Shown here piece by piece: positions 7,980 through 21,210 of a stretch of 25,526 nucleotides of DNA. The position numbers and the translations under genes were made by a program. The stretch's first letter is position 1. The number at the start of each line of letters is the position of its first letter. The notes under the pieces were generated by a model. The model had not been told where the DNA came from. It made no database searches and saw nothing but the letters and a program-made list of their open reading frames with translations. This DNA is from Actinomycetota bacterium (GTDB taxonomy: Bacteria > Actinomycetota > Thermoleophilia > Gaiellales > Gaiellaceae): contig JACCZA010000045.1 of assembly GCA_013696185.1 (NCBI GenBank), forward strand, positions 1 to 25,526. The letters are read 5' to 3'.

Positions 7980-8419
7980 GCGCCCACCGCGAAGGTGAGC
8001 GTGCCGCGGGCGGCCAGCTCGGCGCCGACCGTCGCGCGTGCCTTGCCACGGCCGATCGGCCCACGCACCTGCTCGAGCTCGCACAGCAGCGTGAGCTCGT
8101 CGCCCGGCCTGACGACGCGCTTGAAGCGCACGCCGTCGATCCCGCCGAAGAGCGCGAGCTTGCCGCGATTGTCCTCCTGCGACAGAACGGCGACCGCGCC
8201 CGCCTGCGCGAGCGCCTCGACGATGAGCACGCCCGGCATGATCGGGTTGCCGGGGAAGTGACCCCGGCACCAGTCCTCCCGGACGGTCGAGCGGGCGACC
8301 ACGCGGCTGCCCGGCACGAGCTCGAGCACCTCGTCCAGGAAGAGGAAGGGCGCGCGGTGCGGCAGGACCGCCTCGATCCCCTCCTGTCCGAGCGGCGCCT
8401 CGAGCGCCCGGGCCCTCAC
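7976..8419 (-). CDS. fabZ: 3-hydroxyacyl-ACP dehydratase (147 aa)
   Basis: LPHRAPFLFLD, GHFPGNPIMPGVLIVEALAQ and VRFKRVVRPGD. Start taken at GTG 8419; the exact start is uncertain. Confidence 0.94.
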   Translation of the reverse strand: MRARALEAPLGQEGIEAVLPHRAPFLFLDEVLELVPGSRVVARSTVREDWCRGHFPGNPIMPGVLIVEALAQAGAVAVLSQEDNRGKLALFGGIDGVRFKRVVRPGDELTLLCELEQVRGPIGRGKARATVGAELAARGTLTFAVGA

Positions 8420-8451
8420 CGGCCGGCGCGGGGTTCGCGGGGGCGAAGCAT
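8416..8451 (-). CDS. Putative leaderless small ORF MLRPREPRAGR* coupled to fabZ
   Basis: The ATG at 8451 lies 6 nt after the TACAAT hexamer. Its TGA (8418-8416) overlaps the fabZ GTG (8419-8417). Confidence 0.4.
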   Translation of the reverse strand: MLRPREPRAGR

Positions 8452-8457
8452 CCGGCG

Positions 8458-8463
8458 ATTGTA
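8458..8463 (-). promoter_or_regulatory. Putative -10 hexamer TACAAT of the fab operon promoter
   Basis: ATTGTA on + is TACAAT on -, a rare AT-rich hexamer in the amidase-fabZ spacer. No good -35. Confidence 0.55.
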
Positions 8464-8535
8464 GTGGGGAGGTCGCACGGGCGGGCCGGCGCCGACGTCT
8501 CGCGTACCGCCCGCCACGGGTCGCCGAGTGCGTTC

Positions 8536-10713
8536 CTAAGGGAGACCGAGCGGGAGGCTCGCGTTGCCCGCGGCATCCGTCGCCACGACCCGGAGCCGCC
8601 TCGGCCTGGCACCCACGCTCACTGTGAAGACGCCCGGCGCCGTTCGCGTCACGGCCTGCCGGGCGCCGTCCGCGAGCACCACCACCTCGGCGGGCTCGCT
8701 CAGGCGCAGGCGCAGCGGGAAGACCGCCACGAGCGCGAGCTGCGGGGCCTTCGTGTCCGAGGTGAATTGCACGCGTCCGGAGACCGTCCCGATCGTGTCC
8801 GTGACCGCGAGCTCGGCCTCGTACGCGCCGTCGAGCAGCCTGCCGATCCGTTTGCTGCCGTCCCACTCGAGGGTCTGCGGGCCTGCCGCGAGCGGCCCGC
8901 TGAACGGCGTGGCGAGCCAGCCTCCCCCGGCGAGGATACGGAGCGTCACCTGCGCCGGGGCGGCGAGGGTGAACGTGAGGCGCAACGTGTCCTCGCGCCC
9001 GTCGCCGTTCGGGGAGAAGACCGGGCGCTCGGCAGCGAGCGCCGAGAGGGTCCGGTTGACCAGGATCGGCACCGTCGCGCTCGCCGTTCCCGCCGTTCCG
9101 CTCGCCGACAGGACGATCGTGTAGAGGCCGTCGGGCACGGCGTCCGCCGAGAAGGCGAAGCGGTGGGTGCCCGCGAGGCGGGGCTCGGCGAAGAGCGTCG
9201 CGAGGACGTTGCCGGCCGGATCGACCAGCGTCACGGTCACCGTGGCAGGGGCGCCGAGCGCGTAGTGGATCTGCGCCGAATCGTCCACGCCGTCGCCGTT
9301 CGGGGTCACCGCCGTGGGCTCCGCGCGCGCATCGCTCAGCAGGACCGCTCCCGTGGGAGGAGGCGGGGGTGGCGGGGGCGGAGGAGGAGGCGGTGGGGGC
9401 GGAGGAGGAGAGCCGTCCTTACGGCCGAGTGTGCCGGTCGCGGCGAGGACGGTCGAGGGCCCCGAGCCGGCCGTGATCGCGTAGGAGTAGGCGCCCGCGG
9501 CGGCACGCTGCGAGCTCCAGCTCCAGAGCACTGCGGAGCCGGTGCCCGCCCCGAGGGCGACCTGCCTGCCACGGGCGTCCGTCACGACGACCCGCCAGGG
9601 GAGCGGCGTAGACAGCCGCGCCGTGAAGCGGATCGTCTTGCCGAGCGTGCCGTCGACCCTCGGTGCGTACAGCTTCGGCAGCCCCGTCCCGGCGACGTCG
9701 CGGGCGAGGCCGTCGAGAGCGCGATAGAGGACGGCGCCGGGACAGTCGGTGAAGCCCGTATCGCGGTGACCCGAGACCGGGCGCAGGAACACCGGCGCGC
9801 CCCGGCTGAAGCGCGGGTTGCCACCGGAGATCCAGGAGAACGGCTCGAGCGGGTCGACGTGAGCCACGTCGAGGCGCCACGCGAGCGTTTGCACGATCGC
9901 CGCACGCGCCGCCGGCGTGATTCCCTCCGAGCCATAGCTCCCGATCACCGCGATGCCGGTCGAGCCGGTGTTGAAGCCCTGGGCGTGCGCCCCGATCACG
10001 TTCCGGTCGGCGCCGCCATAGCGCCCCTCGAAGACCTGACCGTAGCGGTCGACGAGGAAGTTGTAGCCGATGTCGTTCCAGCCGTTTCCACGCACGTGGT
10101 AGAGCTGGATCGCCCGCACGATCGCCGCCGACTCGGCGCGCGAGTAGCTGCTCGCGCCCGCTGTGTGGTGGATGACGGCGAACCGCACGGCCCCGGCGAA
10201 GCGAGGCGGCTCCCTCTTGATCAGCTCGTTCGCGCCCCAGGAGAGTCGCGGCACGATCGCCGGCGAGGCGGCGAGCGCCGGCGTGCGAGCGTCCCCGGAC
10301 ACAGGGAGCGCTGCTGCTGTGGGCGGGCTGCGGACGAAGTGTGCACGGAGGCGGCGAACCCGGCCGCTCAGGCGGTACTGGATGGCGTCGGACGGCCCCG
10401 TCCAGTAGGGATTGCCGAGCCGCCAGCCCGCGCGGCTTCCCTCGCCCGTGCCCGCGTCGGGCAGGTCCTCGTACTCGGGCGCCGCGGGGCGCCACGGGCT
10501 CCAGCGGCCCGTGAGCGCACGGGTGCGGAAGCGCACGCTGCCCGAGCCCTGCCAGTGCAGGCCGACGAGGTCGAAGCGCGGGGTCGCCGCGGTCGCGTGC
10601 AGCGCTCGAGTGGCGCCGAGAGGCACCTCGCGGGTGACGATGCTCGCGGGCTCGGCCCGCGCCGGGCCGGCGTCGAGCGCGAGGAGCAGGAGGATTGCAG
10701 CGAGGAGCTTCAC
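8536..10713 (-). CDS. Secreted N-acetylmuramoyl-L-alanine amidase (Amidase_2/PGRP type) with poly-Pro linker and FlgD/Ig-like C-terminal repeats
   Basis: Signal-peptide-like MKLLAAILLLLALDAGPARA. Catalytic motifs VIHHTAG, GWNDIGYNFLVD, GAHAQGFN and GHRD..TDCPG (His/His/Cys zinc ligands). Two (T/S)PNGDG..D Ig-like modules follow the Pro18 linker. Confidence 0.88.
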   Translation of the reverse strand: MKLLAAILLLLALDAGPARAEPASIVTREVPLGATRALHATAATPRFDLVGLHWQGSGSVRFRTRALTGRWSPWRPAAPEYEDLPDAGTGEGSRAGWRLGNPYWTGPSDAIQYRLSGRVRRLRAHFVRSPPTAAALPVSGDARTPALAASPAIVPRLSWGANELIKREPPRFAGAVRFAVIHHTAGASSYSRAESAAIVRAIQLYHVRGNGWNDIGYNFLVDRYGQVFEGRYGGADRNVIGAHAQGFNTGSTGIAVIGSYGSEGITPAARAAIVQTLAWRLDVAHVDPLEPFSWISGGNPRFSRGAPVFLRPVSGHRDTGFTDCPGAVLYRALDGLARDVAGTGLPKLYAPRVDGTLGKTIRFTARLSTPLPWRVVVTDARGRQVALGAGTGSAVLWSWSSQRAAAGAYSYAITAGSGPSTVLAATGTLGRKDGSPPPPPPPPPPPPPPPPPPTGAVLLSDARAEPTAVTPNGDGVDDSAQIHYALGAPATVTVTLVDPAGNVLATLFAEPRLAGTHRFAFSADAVPDGLYTIVLSASGTAGTASATVPILVNRTLSALAAERPVFSPNGDGREDTLRLTFTLAAPAQVTLRILAGGGWLATPFSGPLAAGPQTLEWDGSKRIGRLLDGAYEAELAVTDTIGTVSGRVQFTSDTKAPQLALVAVFPLRLRLSEPAEVVVLADGARQAVTRTAPGVFTVSVGARPRRLRVVATDAAGNASLPLGLP
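9355..9408 (-). repeat. Run of 18 consecutive proline codons; (NGG)18 on the + strand
   Basis: Counted directly: ggg agg agg cgg ggg tgg cgg ggg cgg agg agg agg cgg tgg ggg cgg agg agg. Confidence 0.95.
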
Positions 10714-10779
10714 GCGGGGGAGGTCGAGAGGGGTATCAGCGATCGCGGCTCGAGCTCAAGCGCCCGAGCGCCGCCCCAA

Positions 10780-10785
10780 TACAAT
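10780..10785 (+). promoter_or_regulatory. Putative -10 hexamer TACAAT for the GalT-family gene (near-leaderless)
   Basis: TACAAT ends 9 nt before GTG 10795; no SD in between. Confidence 0.5.
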
Positions 10786-10794
10786 CCTTACAAG

Positions 10795-11738
10795 GTGGAG
10801 AGGCCTGCCGAAGCCGCGGAGCCGCCCCGCACGAGTCCCCCGCTCCGGATCGATCCGCACTCGGGCCGCTCGGTCGTGATCGCGCCGCGGCGGGCGAGTC
10901 GTCCCGGGCAGACCCGCCCGCCGGCCGAGGCGCCGAGCGAGGGCGAGCTCGAGAGCTGCCCCTTCTGCGAGGGCCGCGAGGAGCGGACGCCACCCGAGGC
11001 GCTGGCACTGCCGCAGTCTTCACGCGCGCCGGACTCGCCCGGCTGGCAAGTCCGGGTCGTGCCGAACCTCTACCCCGCGTTCGAGCGGCAGGAGGTGGTG
11101 GTGCACAGCCCGCGGCACGTGCGCAGCATCGTCGAGCTCGCCCCGGACGAGCTCGGGGTCGTCGCCGCCGCCTGGCAGGCCCGCGCGCGCGCCGCGGCGG
11201 AGGCGGGCTTCGACTACGTCCACGCACTCGTGAACGAGGGCCGCGCCGCCGGTGCGACACTCGCCCACTCGCACTCCCAGCTCGTGTGGCTGCGCGAGGT
11301 GCCGCCGCTGCCGGCGAGGGAGCAGGCCCTCTCGGCGGGACGCTGCGTCCTCTGCGACGACCTCGCGTCGGAGCGCGCGGAGGGAACGCGCGTCGTCTCC
11401 GAGCGGGACGGCGTCGTCAGCCTCTGCCCCGCCGCCTCCCGCGAGCCCTACGAGCTCCTCGTCGCTCCGACCAGACACGAGCCGGACGCCTGGACGAGCG
11501 CGCGACTCGCAACCGCTCTCGAGCTGCTCGCGGAAGGCTGGCGGCGACTGAGATCGCTCGAGGGGGCCGTGCCGGCGAATGCCTGGCTGCACGCCGCCCC
11601 CTTCGGCGGAGAGGGCCACTGGCACCTCGAGGCACTGCCGCGGCTGACGACGCCGGCGGGAGTCGAGCTCGGCGCCGGGGTGTTCGTGAACCCGCTCGAC
11701 CCCGACGCTGCGGCGCAGGCCCTGCGCACCGCGACCCC

Positions 11739-11742
<4 letters not shown>
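10795..11742 (+). CDS. galT: GalT-family (HxHxQ) nucleotidyltransferase; sugar and nucleotide specificity uncertain (315 aa)
   Basis: 3' part of track ORF 8464..11742. Motifs [62 protein letters not shown] and [13 protein letters not shown]. The symbol is family-level only. Its stop overlaps the gyrA stop (CTAG). Confidence 0.85.
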
Positions 11743-14339
<2,597 letters not shown>

Positions 14340-14362
14340 GGTCGGAGCGGGGGTCTACGGCC

Positions 14363-16786
<2,424 letters not shown>

Positions 16787-16788
16787 TC

Positions 16789-16797
16789 AGTCTATCA
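16789..16797 (-). promoter_or_regulatory. Extended -10 promoter element TGATAGACT for gyrB-gyrA
   Basis: TGn-TAGACT overlaps the dciA stop codon. A start site about 7 nt downstream would fall just 5' of the hairpin. Confidence 0.65.
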
Positions 16798-17259
16798 AAT
16801 CGGGCGGCTGGAAACCGACCTGGCGAGGCTGGCGGCGGCGGCTCGGGCGACCAGACGCCGCAGCTCGTCGTTCTCGATCGGAGCAGCCAGCGACTCGGCC
16901 TGGACCCACTCGGCCGCACCCGGGCGAGGCGCGACGCGTCCCTGTGGGGCAGAGCCTACGTCACCGGCGGGTTGGGGCAGGTGCCCGACCGCGAAGCGCA
17001 GGGCGGACGGTGCGTTCGCGGCGAGCCGCGCGCGCAGGCGCTCGAGGAGCTGCGGCGCGAGCTGCGTCAGCTCGAAGGCCCACGCCGAGGAGCTGACCGC
17101 GACGTGCAGGGTTCCGTTGCCCGCGATCCGCGCGGGCCACGCGTTCGCGGCGATCGGCGCCCCCACGAGCTCCGGCCAGACCGCCACGAGCTCGCCCATG
17201 CCGGCCTGCGGGCCGAAGCGGGAGAGCTCCCGGCGGACCTCGTGCTCGAGCGACTCCAC
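16795..17259 (-). CDS. dciA: DciA (DUF721) replicative helicase loader (154 aa)
   Basis: GTG at 17259 overlaps the recF TAG. Sequence LVAVWPELVGAPIAANAWPARIAGNGTLHVAVSSSAWAFEL; classical recF-gyrB position. Confidence 0.85.
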   Translation of the reverse strand: MESLEHEVRRELSRFGPQAGMGELVAVWPELVGAPIAANAWPARIAGNGTLHVAVSSSAWAFELTQLAPQLLERLRARLAANAPSALRFAVGHLPQPAGDVGSAPQGRVAPRPGAAEWVQAESLAAPIENDELRRLVARAAAASLARSVSSRPI

Positions 17260-18326
17260 TACGCGCGCTCCTGCACGAGGCCCGGCGTGACGTCGAGCAC
17301 CTGGTCGGCCTCGACCGGCAGAGCGGAGGCGCTCGTGGCCGTGATCAGCGTCTGGCCCGTACCGCGCAGGCGCTCGGCGAGCGAGCGGCGGCGGTCGGGG
17401 TCGAGCTCCGAGAGGACGTCGTCCAGGAGCAGGAGCGGTGGCTCCCCCGTGCGCTCGGCGATCAGCCCGGCCTCCGCGAGCAGCAGGGACAGCACCGCGA
17501 GGCGCTGCTCGCCCTGGGAGCCGAACAGTCGGAGCTCGCGCGTCCCTGCGGTGACCGACACGTCGTCCAGGTGCGGTCCGAGTCCGGTCGTGCCCCGCTC
17601 GAGGTCGCGCTCGAGCCGCGCCGCCAGCGCCTCCTCCGTGGGCGGGCTGCCGTCGTAGGCCAGTCGTGCGGCGGCGAGGCCGAGTTGAGAGGCTCGCTCC
17701 CCGAACACCGGGGAGAGCAGCTCGACCGCGTCCCGGCGAGCCAGCACGAGCTCGCGCCCGAGATCCACGACACGCTCGGTCCACGGCGCGAGCGCCTCAC
17801 GGGTGGAGAGGCCGAGCGAGACCCGCCTGAGGGCGGCGTTGCGCTGCGTGAGGGCTGCGCCGTAGCCGGGCGACAGCTCCGCCCGAGCCGGGAACAACCG
17901 CGCGAGCGTGCGATCGAAGTAGGCCCGCCGGACGAGCGGCCCGCCCTTCACGACGGCGAGCCGGTCCGGCGTGAAGACCAGGGTCGCGAGCTCCCGCCGC
18001 AGCTCCTCGACGGCTTGCAGGGGCGCGCCGTTCAGCCTGCTTCGCCTGCCCTCGCCGCGCCGGAGCACCACCTCCACGTCGACGGGCACGCCGCTTGCGC
18101 GGCGGCCGTGCAGGGCGATCCGGCAGCCCTCCGTGCCGAAGCGCACGAGCTGCGACTCGACCCGGGTGCGCGGCGAGAAGCCCTGCGTGCCCACGTGCAG
18201 CGACTCCAGCAGGTTCGTCTTGCCCGCGCCGTTCGGCCCGACGACGAGCACGATGCCCGGGCGGAGCGCCAGGTCGAGCCGGGCGTAGGAGCGGAAGTCT
18301 CGGAGCGAGACCCGGGAGACGATCAG
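17259..18326 (-). CDS. recF: DNA replication/repair protein RecF; start uncertain (CTG 18326 or GTG 18362)
   Basis: VSLRDFRSY, Walker A GPNGAGKTNLLE, GSQGEQR and LLLLDDVLSELD; position downstream of dnaN. Confidence 0.93.
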   Translation of the reverse strand: MIVSRVSLRDFRSYARLDLALRPGIVLVVGPNGAGKTNLLESLHVGTQGFSPRTRVESQLVRFGTEGCRIALHGRRASGVPVDVEVVLRRGEGRRSRLNGAPLQAVEELRRELATLVFTPDRLAVVKGGPLVRRAYFDRTLARLFPARAELSPGYGAALTQRNAALRRVSLGLSTREALAPWTERVVDLGRELVLARRDAVELLSPVFGERASQLGLAAARLAYDGSPPTEEALAARLERDLERGTTGLGPHLDDVSVTAGTRELRLFGSQGEQRLAVLSLLLAEAGLIAERTGEPPLLLLDDVLSELDPDRRRSLAERLRGTGQTLITATSASALPVEADQVLDVTPGLVQERA

Positions 18327-19456
18327 CCGGCCAGCCGGATCGGCATGATCAGGTATGACCACGAGGCGTCGCCGCTCGCCTGGATCACCGCGGGCCGCAG
18401 CGGACTGATCAGCTTGAGCACGAGCTCGTCGCCGCTGACCGAGTCGACGCCGTCGCGCAGGAACTCCGCGTTGAAGCCGATCTCGAGCGGCTCGCCCGAG
18501 AAGGCGACGGGCAGCGACTCGCGCGACTCGCCGACGTCCTGGGTCTGCGCGGAGACGGTCAGCTCGCCCTCGGCGAAGCGCAGCCGCAGCGGCGAGTTCC
18601 GCTGCACCATCACCGCCGTCCTGCGCACCGCGTCGAGGAACTCCCCCCGCGGCAGCGCCACCTCGTGCTCGAAGGCGTCCGGCAGGAGCTGCTGGACGTT
18701 CGGGAACTGCCCGTCGATCCGCCGCGTGGTCAGCGTGACCCCCTCCGTGCGGAACACGACCTGGTTCTCGAGCACGCCGAGCTCCAGGGTCTCGCCCCCG
18801 CCGGCGCTGCGCCCGAGCTCGACGAGCGCTCGCGCCGGGACGATCGCCTCGAGCTCCGGGCCTGCGCCCGTGAGCGGCGTCTCCTTCACGGACAGCCGGT
18901 AGGAGTCGGTGGCCGCCATCACGAGCTTGCCGCTCTCGAAGCGGACGAGGATGCCCGTCAGGACGGGACGCGACTCGTCGCGCGAGGCCGAGCGTGCGAC
19001 ACGGGACACGGTCTCGAGGAGCGCCCGCCGCTCGACGGGGAACGTCTGCAGCGCCTCGAGCTCCGGCAGGCGCGGAAAGTCCTCGGCGCTGTAGGTGTTG
19101 AGCCTATAGGACGCCGGGCCGCACTCGATCCGCAGGCTCCCCTCGTCGGCCCGGTGCTCCAGCGAGACCTCCGCTGCCGGCAGGAGGCGCACGAGGTCCA
19201 CGAGCAGCCGTCCGGGCACCACGACAGCGCCCTCCGCCTCGACCTCCGCCGGCAGCGAGGCGCGCAGCGACAGCTCCATGTCGGTTGCCGCGAGCTCGAG
19301 GCGGCCGTCCTCGGCTCGGAGCAGCACTCCGAGGAGCACCTGAACCGCGCTTCGGGTCGAGACGGCGCGCGCCACGGTCGTCAGGCGCCCGACGAGCTCG
19401 TCCCGGCTGCACGTGAGCTTGAGGCCCGAGCCGACGGCGATGTCTGTTTCCATCAT
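18323..19456 (-). CDS. dnaN: DNA polymerase III beta sliding clamp
   Basis: ATDMELS, AEDFPRLP, DESRPVLTG, ATDSYRL, RRIDGQFPNV, IGFNAEFL and YLIMPIRL. Confidence 0.97.
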   Translation of the reverse strand: MMETDIAVGSGLKLTCSRDELVGRLTTVARAVSTRSAVQVLLGVLLRAEDGRLELAATDMELSLRASLPAEVEAEGAVVVPGRLLVDLVRLLPAAEVSLEHRADEGSLRIECGPASYRLNTYSAEDFPRLPELEALQTFPVERRALLETVSRVARSASRDESRPVLTGILVRFESGKLVMAATDSYRLSVKETPLTGAGPELEAIVPARALVELGRSAGGGETLELGVLENQVVFRTEGVTLTTRRIDGQFPNVQQLLPDAFEHEVALPRGEFLDAVRRTAVMVQRNSPLRLRFAEGELTVSAQTQDVGESRESLPVAFSGEPLEIGFNAEFLRDGVDSVSGDELVLKLISPLRPAVIQASGDASWSYLIMPIRLAG

Positions 19457-19614
19457 GGTTTAGAGAAACTCCTCGTCGTAGTCATAGGGAGTGTGGACGA
19501 CGGGGAAGACGGCAGAGACCCCTGCTCACGGGCAGAACCGCCCTGTGCACGCCGGCTGGGGAGAAGGACGCTCCGCCCACAACCCCGAGTCGCGTGAACG
19601 AGACTCTCCACCGA
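19457..19614. other. Predicted oriC unwinding sub-region (dnaA-dnaN spacer) with DnaA-trio-like repeats and DnaA boxes
   Basis: TCG TCG TAG TCA TAG - GGAG - TGTGGACGA (19473-19500) next to an AT-richer patch. Further degenerate boxes TGTGCACGC (19544) and TGGGGAGAA (19557). Confidence 0.75.
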
Positions 19615-20958
19615 TCAGCGCACCTGCTTCACGCGCGCCGTCAGCTCTTGCACGAGGTTGTACACAGAGCGGTCCTCACGGATCAACCGCGCGATCTTGG
19701 AGGTCGCGTGGATGACCGTCGTGTGGTCGCGGCCACCGAACTCCTTGCCGATCCGCGGCAGCGACGAGTCGGTCAGCTCGCGGGAGAGGTACATCGCGAC
19801 CTGGCGCGGATAGACGATGTTCTGCGAGCGGCGCTCCCCCACGAGCTCCTCGAGCGAGAGGCCGAAGCGCTCCGAGACGAGATCCTGGATGCGCTTGATC
19901 GAGACCTGAGGAGCCTCGCCCTGGGGAAACACGTCGCGCAGCACGTCCTGGGCGAGCTCGACCGTCATCGAGCGCCCCGTGAGGGACGAGAAGGCGACGA
20001 CGCGGGTCAGGGCGCCCTCGAGCTCGCGGATGTTCGAGGAGACCCTGCCGGCGATGAAGGTGAGCACCTGCGGGTCGGAGACCTCGATCCGATCGTTGTC
20101 GACCTTCTTGCGCAGGATGGCGATGCGGGTCTCGAGGTCGGGAGGCTGGATGTCGGTGATGAGCCCCCACTCGAACCGCGAGCGCAGCCGCTCCTCGAGC
20201 GTGGAGATCTCCCGCGGAGGGCGGTCGGACGAGATCACGATCTGCGCGCCACCCTCGTACAGGGAGTTGAACGTGTGGAAGAACTCCTCCTGGATCCGCT
20301 CCTTGTTCTCGAAGAACTGGATGTCGTCCACGAGCAGCAGGTCGTAGGTGCGGTAGCGCTGCTTGAAGCCCTCGATGCGCTTGTCGCGCAGCGAGTTGAT
20401 GAAGTCGTTCATGAAGGTCTCGCTCGTGACGTAGCGGACGGTCAGCTCGCTCGAGTGCTGCCCCACGTACTGCCCGATCGCCTGCATCAGGTGCGTCTTC
20501 CCGAGCCCGGTGCCGCCGTAGATGAAGAGCGGGTTGTAGGCCTGCGCGGGAGCCTCCGCCACCGCCAGCGCCGCCGCGTGGGCGAACCGGTTCGAGGAGC
20601 CGATCACGAAGAGGTCGAAGGTGTACTTGGGGGTGCCGCCGAGACCGTCGGCGCCGGCGTCCTTGACCCGCGGCGGCGCCTCGTCACGGGGAGCGCCCTC
20701 GCGCACCCGGAGCTGGACGCGCAACTCGCGGCCGGTCGTGTCGGCGACGATCGCGCGGATCAGGCCGAGGAAGTGCCCCTCGATCCACTCGCGCGTGAAG
20801 TCGTTCGGGACCGTGAGGATGACGGCGTCGCCGGTCACCTCCGACACGGCGGCGTCCGCGAACCACGTCCTGTAAGTGGTCTCGTTCAGCGCCTCCCTGA
20901 GGCGGGCCGCAACCTCGCTCCACAGGGTGTCCGCAGTCCGTTCGTCGACGTCCTCCAC
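19615..20958 (-). CDS. dnaA: Chromosomal replication initiator DnaA (447 aa)
   Basis: Probable GTG at 20958; the track ORF extension to 21270 is non-conserved. Motifs [53 protein letters not shown] and [15 protein letters not shown]. Confidence 0.98.
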   Translation of the reverse strand: MEDVDERTADTLWSEVAARLREALNETTYRTWFADAAVSEVTGDAVILTVPNDFTREWIEGHFLGLIRAIVADTTGRELRVQLRVREGAPRDEAPPRVKDAGADGLGGTPKYTFDLFVIGSSNRFAHAAALAVAEAPAQAYNPLFIYGGTGLGKTHLMQAIGQYVGQHSSELTVRYVTSETFMNDFINSLRDKRIEGFKQRYRTYDLLLVDDIQFFENKERIQEEFFHTFNSLYEGGAQIVISSDRPPREISTLEERLRSRFEWGLITDIQPPDLETRIAILRKKVDNDRIEVSDPQVLTFIAGRVSSNIRELEGALTRVVAFSSLTGRSMTVELAQDVLRDVFPQGEAPQVSIKRIQDLVSERFGLSLEELVGERRSQNIVYPRQVAMYLSRELTDSSLPRIGKEFGGRDHTTVIHATSKIARLIREDRSVYNLVQELTARVKQVR

Positions 20959-20998
20959 GTGCTCTCGTTCAGCTCCTCGCCGCTTCGGGGAATCGCCG

Positions 20999-21007
20999 AG
21001 CATAGCA
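20999..21007 (-). promoter_or_regulatory. Extended -10 element TGCTATGCT for dnaA
   Basis: TGn-TATGCT about 40 nt upstream of the dnaA start; SD-like AGGAG in the leader. Confidence 0.5.
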
Positions 21008-21086
21008 GCGTCGAAGCGGCCCGACACGGGTGCCGAAGCCTGGACAAAAGCCCGCAGTTTGCAGGATCTTCGAGTTCGCGGGCGAT

Positions 21087-21184
21087 CTCTCCACAAGTGT
21101 GGAGAACGCCGGGGAAAACAGCGCCTCGCGACTGCCCGCGTCCCCGCCCGGGCGGCTCCGGGCCGACGGACCGACTGTGGACAA
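21087..21184. promoter_or_regulatory. DnaA boxes in the dnaA-rpmH divergent promoter region
   Basis: Inverted pair CTCTCCACA (21087-21095) and TGTGGAGAA (21098-21106). Also a perfect actinobacterial box TGTGGACAA (21176-21184) and a weak CGGGGAAAA (21110). Confidence 0.75.
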
Positions 21185-21204
21185 GCCGGCCCGAAGGACG
21201 TCGC

Positions 21205-21210
21205 TATACT
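21205..21210 (+). promoter_or_regulatory. Putative -10 hexamer TATACT for the rpmH-rnpA-yidD-yidC-jag-rsmG operon
   Basis: TATACT ends about 50 nt upstream of the rpmH ATG. Confidence 0.55.

Noticed and set aside
8464-10794. N-terminal roughly 780 aa of the 1092-aa + strand ORF, and the many other long overlapping ORFs in the track (e.g. 468..1733, 12288..14159, 14606..17290, 19594..21759, 23335..25029)
   Set aside because: These are antisense or off-frame shadows of well-supported genes. They are Arg/Gly/Ala/Pro-rich with no motifs, as expected from stop-codon scarcity in very GC-rich DNA.
19658-19666. DnaA-box-like TTGTACACA inside the 3' end of dnaA
   Set aside because: It is explained by coding for Val-Tyr-Asn. 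It might contribute to oriC, but it cannot be supported separately.
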